Shown piece after piece: positions 1 through 3,473 of a stretch of DNA of 3,473 nt. The stretch comes from a virus (Duplodnaviria; Heunggongvirae; Uroviricota; Caudoviricetes), in IMG/VR virus record IMGVR_UViG_2526164609_000025. One strand, given 5' to 3'. Under the pieces are notes generated by a model that was given only the letters and a program-made list of their open reading frames with translations, was not told the origin of the DNA and made no database searches. The stretch's first letter is position 1; each line of letters opens with the position of its first letter. The translations under genes were made by a program, and so were the position numbers.

Positions 1-732
1 TGTCCGGTCGTAAATGTCGCTCTGTGCTTCCATCGTGGCCGCACTTTTCAGCCCCAGATTATCCCGGGACTTCTGTTGTGCCTTTTCGCCTGCTGCTGCG
101 ATTTCTGACAGATGGTTAGCCATTTTCAGAGTGCCGGTCAGCGCAGCATCAATGTCATTTTTGGCCTGTTCTGCTGCGCGGGCATAACCTGCGGCATCCT
201 GTGCGCTCTGTCCGGCTGCGGCTGCATTTGCTCCTGTGCTTGTCACATCTTCCGCAGTGGCCTTTCTGTTCTCAGCTGTGACGGTTGCATCCTGTCGGGC
301 TTTCTCCGCAAAACGTTGTGCATCATCACGGGCCGTTGCGGCTGCCGTCACATCCTGCGCCGTCTGCCGTGCGTTTCCGGCTGCGCTCCCGGCACTCTGC
401 TGCGCCTGTTGCGCCAGCTCTTCGAATTTCTTCAGGGATTCCGGACGCAGGTCAATATTAGTTGCGCCCAGAAAATCATTCAGCGAACCGTCCGTTGAAT
501 CTTCATAAACGCGGATGACACCGATTTCTGAAAGGCGCCGTGTGCTTTGTGTCAGGCGAACGCTGTACACACCCGGCAGAACGGGGAAGTCATATTCCCC
601 GTTCTGTGTGGTGACATGGCTGAAAACACTTTTCAGAATCCCTGCACGGTTGTGTATGGAGGTTAGTGTAATGGTTGCGCCGTCCAGCGGTTCTCCCGTG
701 GGCGTTTTAATCACACCTTTAAGCTGCGGCAT
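1..732 (-). CDS. Side tail fibre protein, lambda Stf-like, N-terminal 244 codons; 3' end lies beyond the window start
   Basis: Hand translation of the minus strand from ATG at 732-730: MPQLKGVIKTPTGEPLDGATITLTS...GVIRVYEDSTDGSLNDFLGATNIDLRPESLKKFEELAQQ..., then an Ala/Gln-rich region, open to position 1. Pattern matches recalled lambda Stf / StfR N-terminus (GVLKDGTGKP...TITVYEDSQPGTLNDFLGA...PEALRRFE). GGAG 8-11 nt upstream of the ATG. Not in the ORF track, presumably because no stop lies in the window. Confidence 0.8.
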   Translation of the reverse strand, partial: MPQLKGVIKTPTGEPLDGATITLTSIHNRAGILKSVFSHVTTQNGEYDFPVLPGVYSVRLTQSTRRLSEIGVIRVYEDSTDGSLNDFLGATNIDLRPESLKKFEELAQQAQQSAGSAAGNARQTAQDVTAAATARDDAQRFAEKARQDATVTAENRKATAEDVTSTGANAAAAGQSAQDAAGYARAAEQAKNDIDAALTGTLKMANHLSEIAAAGEKAQQKSRDNLGLKSAATMEAQSDIYDRT

Positions 733-1264
733 CGGGACGCTCCGGCCAGTTGATGGCGTTATATGTGGCTTTATCTGTGATGGTGCTGAAATCCATCGCC
801 TGCAGCGATTTCGCGTAAATACGACAGGCTTTCAGCTTTTCTTTATCTTCGTCGCTGATTAACCCCAGCAACAGGTCTTCTTCCCATTCCCCTGTCCGGG
901 CACTGACCTGAGCCAGAAGGGCATCACGCTCATCTTCCGCTTTGAGTCTGTAGTCAAGGACAAATTCATCATTGCGGTAAAACCAGTAACCCGGCGCGGT
1001 AATGCGGCGGTTGGCGGTAATATCAGGAACTTCAATAACACTGGCGTTACGGGGTTCAATGCCTGTCACATCCTTACCGACCCACACCACGCGCCCGTCT
1101 CCGGTGTAAGCTATTTTAATTGTGTCGCTGGCGAAATTCTTCAGTTCTTCATACCAGTTTTTGTCGTCCTCCGAAAAAAGCCAGGTAATATCATATTTTT
1201 TTGTCATCTGGTATTGTTCCGCAGTTTTCGGATTACCCGCAGTAATATTTTTTAAATGCAACAT
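719..1264 (-). CDS. Tail fibre assembly protein (Tfa / P2 gpG-like chaperone), 181 aa
   Basis: ORF track 719..1264 minus. N-terminus MLHLKNITAGNPKTAEQYQMTKKYDITWLFSEDDKNWYEE resembles recalled P2 gpG; C-terminus RIYAKSLQAMDFSTI...INWPERP resembles the Tfa C-terminal motif (YRVLLNRVD...DIEWP). Start lies 2 nt after the stop of the upstream fragment; its stop overlaps the stf start by 14 nt. Confidence 0.75.
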   Translation of the reverse strand: MLHLKNITAGNPKTAEQYQMTKKYDITWLFSEDDKNWYEELKNFASDTIKIAYTGDGRVVWVGKDVTGIEPRNASVIEVPDITANRRITAPGYWFYRNDEFVLDYRLKAEDERDALLAQVSARTGEWEEDLLLGLISDEDKEKLKACRIYAKSLQAMDFSTITDKATYNAINWPERPDAAA

Positions 1265-1266
1265 TG

Positions 1267-1428
1267 TTAAATACTCGCTACGTTATACCAGGTGCCATTA
1301 ATCAGTTTTTGCAGCGGTCGGTAATACACACCGTTGACGTTATCCGCTGAGTTACGGCCGGTATCCGATATCGATATCCCTGACAATCCGTGTCCGGCAG
1401 GTGCGCGAAATCTCCACGAAACGGTGTT
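1267..1428 (-). pseudogene. 3' fragment (53 codons plus stop) of an upstream gene, probably a tail-fibre/receptor-binding protein, truncated at the IS911-like left end
   Basis: Minus-strand frame is open from the IS boundary at 1428 to TAA at 1269-1267 (NTVSWRFRAPAGHGLSGISISDTGRNSADNVNGVYYRPLQKLINGTWYNVASI*). Stop sits 2 nt before the tfa ATG, the usual fibre-then-chaperone coupling. No family-level similarity recognised, so identity is inferred from position only. Confidence 0.4.
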
Positions 1429-1464
1429 TGAAGTGGCACACTGAATTTGGCCACCTGAACAGAG
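1429..1464 (+). repeat. IS911-like left terminal inverted repeat (IRL)
   Basis: 36 nt; 24/36 identical to the reverse complement of the right end, with perfect outer 8 nt (TGAAGTGG) and a conserved TGGCCACC block. Confidence 0.7.
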
Positions 1465-1500
1465 GTGATATGCTCACCTCAGAACAACACAGGTGCTCCA

Positions 1501-2676
<1,176 letters not shown>

Positions 2677-2775
2677 TACCTGACACATCGCTTCAATGGG
2701 AAATTGTTGTCGCCATTGTTCGATTAACGCGTATTTTTCAGCGACTCCTGTGCAAAATACGCTGTTGCTTTTTTT
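2677..2775 (-). pseudogene. IS600-like orfB, 5' fragment (about 33 codons), truncated by the IS911-like element
   Basis: The -1 frame downstream of the A7 run is open to the IS911-like boundary and shows the ...YALIEQW..FPIEAMCQV motif; remainder of orfB (DDE domain) is absent from the window. Confidence 0.6.
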
Positions 2776-3026
2776 AATATATCTCGCTCAAGGCGAGCTT
2801 CATTTAACGCCTTACGCAGTTGCAGAATTTCAGATTCCAGTTCAGCCACCGTGCGGGAACCAGGAGTACCGAGCCCTTTTCTGGCGGCGGTAACCCATTG
2901 TCCTAAAGTGCCTTCAGGAAGGGATAATCGGGAAGCGCCTTCACTGATCGAAAGTTGATTTTCAAGAACCGTTCTGACAGCTTCGGCTTTGAACTCTTTA
3001 GAGTAACGTTGGTTTTTTCTGCTCAT
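2724..3026 (-). CDS. IS600-like transposase OrfA, 100 aa
   Basis: ORF track 2724..3026 minus: MSRKNQRYSKEFKAEAVRTVLENQLSISEGASRLSLPEGTLGQWVTAARKGLG...LERDILKKATAYFAQESLKNTR; HTH plus leucine-zipper-like C-terminus typical of IS3-family OrfA. AGGAG 7 nt upstream of the ATG. Confidence 0.85.
   Translation of the reverse strand: MSRKNQRYSKEFKAEAVRTVLENQLSISEGASRLSLPEGTLGQWVTAARKGLGTPGSRTVAELESEILQLRKALNEARLERDILKKATAYFAQESLKNTR
2769..2775 (-). promoter_or_regulatory. Probable -1 frameshift slippery run (A7) of the IS600-like element
   Basis: Minus-strand TTA-AAA-AAA-GCA in the orfA frame; the -1 frame from here reads KKSNSVFCTGVAEKYALIEQWRQQFPIEAMCQV, an IS3-family OrfB N-terminus. Confidence 0.5.
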
Positions 3027-3077
3027 TATTAGCTCCTTCTGATGCCATTCTATTTCAGGAAGGAGTGTCCGTTAAAC

Positions 3078-3473
3078 TCAGGCTACCTCAGGCTGATCTA
3101 AGAGTGACGAAAAGAGTTTATCTTTCAGCGTGAGATCGTGTTCATAGACAATGCGACGAATGCTGCCTTCAATGCCCAGACGATCGGCATGATTCTGATA
3201 ATAGAAAACGAAATCTTCACTCAGAACATCGTGGAGAAACGGAATGGTGAGGAGATCTTTGGGAAGCTGGCTCAGAGAGTCGCTGTCGAGAAAGAGGTCC
3301 GGCTCATTGAGATCGATTTGCAGATTGTTGTGCACCACCAGCGGCGACAACGTTTTTTCTGGCCCACTGCCAGCATATTGCAACGCCCAGACGCCAGCGG
3401 AAAGCAGTACTATTGCACCAAAACCTACAAGACCATAGAACCGCCAGCCTTTCGCCTTTTTTTCACCACTCAT
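3078..3473 (-). CDS. Membrane-anchored protein of unknown function, N-terminal portion; reading frame runs 4 codons into the IS600-like end and stops (host-derived part 3091-3473)
   Basis: ORF track 3078..3473 minus: MSGEKKAKGWRFYGLVGFGAIVLLSAGVWALQYAGSG... has one hydrophobic N-terminal helix (signal anchor), then a soluble domain. Last codons P-E-V-A plus stop are encoded by the IS terminus. The ATG is the last 3 nt of the window, so the true start could be further upstream. Confidence 0.55.
   Translation of the reverse strand: MSGEKKAKGWRFYGLVGFGAIVLLSAGVWALQYAGSGPEKTLSPLVVHNNLQIDLNEPDLFLDSDSLSQLPKDLLTIPFLHDVLSEDFVFYYQNHADRLGIEGSIRRIVYEHDLTLKDKLFSSLLDQPEVA

Larger units (their letters stand above)
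2677..3090 (-). mobile_element. IS600-like insertion sequence (IS3 family), left-end 414 bp only; truncated by the IS911-like element
   Basis: Minus-strand terminus TGAGGTAGCCTGAGTTTAACGGACACTCCTTCC (tip at 3090), followed by AGGAG and orfA; matches recalled IS600 left end and ORF1. Element stops abruptly at the IS911-like right tip (2676/2677) inside orfB. Confidence 0.8.

Noticed and set aside
112-508. Plus-strand ORFs 112..498 and 236..508, Cys-rich translations
   Set aside because: Antisense to the Stf-like gene; Cys/Gly/Arg richness is the reverse-complement signature of GCN/CAG-rich Ala/Gln codons. No start context or recognisable fold.
515-1059. ORFs 515..862 (+) and 859..1059 (-)
   Set aside because: Both overlap the stf start and the tfa gene in alternative frames or strand; translations lack recognisable features, while tfa and stf have clear family resemblance.
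1367-1378. Perfect 12-bp palindrome GATATCGATATC (two tandem EcoRV sites)
   Set aside because: Lies inside the open fibre-fragment frame (codes ISIS on the minus strand) and is not extended by flanking complementarity; most likely coincidental rather than a protein-binding site or recombination crossover.
1465-1500. N-terminal extension of IS911-like orfA ([12 protein letters not shown]) given by the ORF track
   Set aside because: The family-conserved OrfA begins at [11 protein letters not shown] (ATG 1501) with an AGGTG ribosome-binding site just upstream; the extension starts inside the terminal inverted repeat.
2696-2893. Plus-strand ORF 2696..2893
   Set aside because: Antisense to IS600-like orfA; no recognisable features.
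3244-3438. Plus-strand ORF 3244..3438
   Set aside because: Antisense to the membrane-protein gene; Ser/Arg-rich low-complexity translation.

Overview
This 3.5 kb window is a junction between a prophage tail-fibre module and two IS3-family insertion sequences; I see nothing that supports a novel defence or other undescribed system. All the tail-fibre genes are on the minus strand: the N-terminal 244 codons of a lambda Stf-like side tail fibre (1-732, running off the window), a P2 gpG/Tfa-like tail-fibre assembly gene (719-1264), and a short open C-terminal fragment of an upstream fibre-like gene (1267-1428). That fragment is cut by a full-length IS911-like element (1429-2676, 36-bp imperfect inverted repeats, orfA/orfB with an A-AAA-AAG slippery site). 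This copy appears to carry a 1-nt deletion that uncouples orfA from the frameshift site. Its other side abuts the interior of a truncated IS600-like element (2677-3090, minus orientation, orfA intact, orfB cut after about 33 codons), which in turn interrupts a membrane-anchored protein gene (3078-3473, minus). The IS911-like element has no target-site duplication and unrelated DNA on its two flanks, so this is a rearrangement junction rather than a simple insertion. No tRNA, rRNA or CRISPR array was seen. All family assignments are from recalled protein motifs and terminal sequences, not from a database search.
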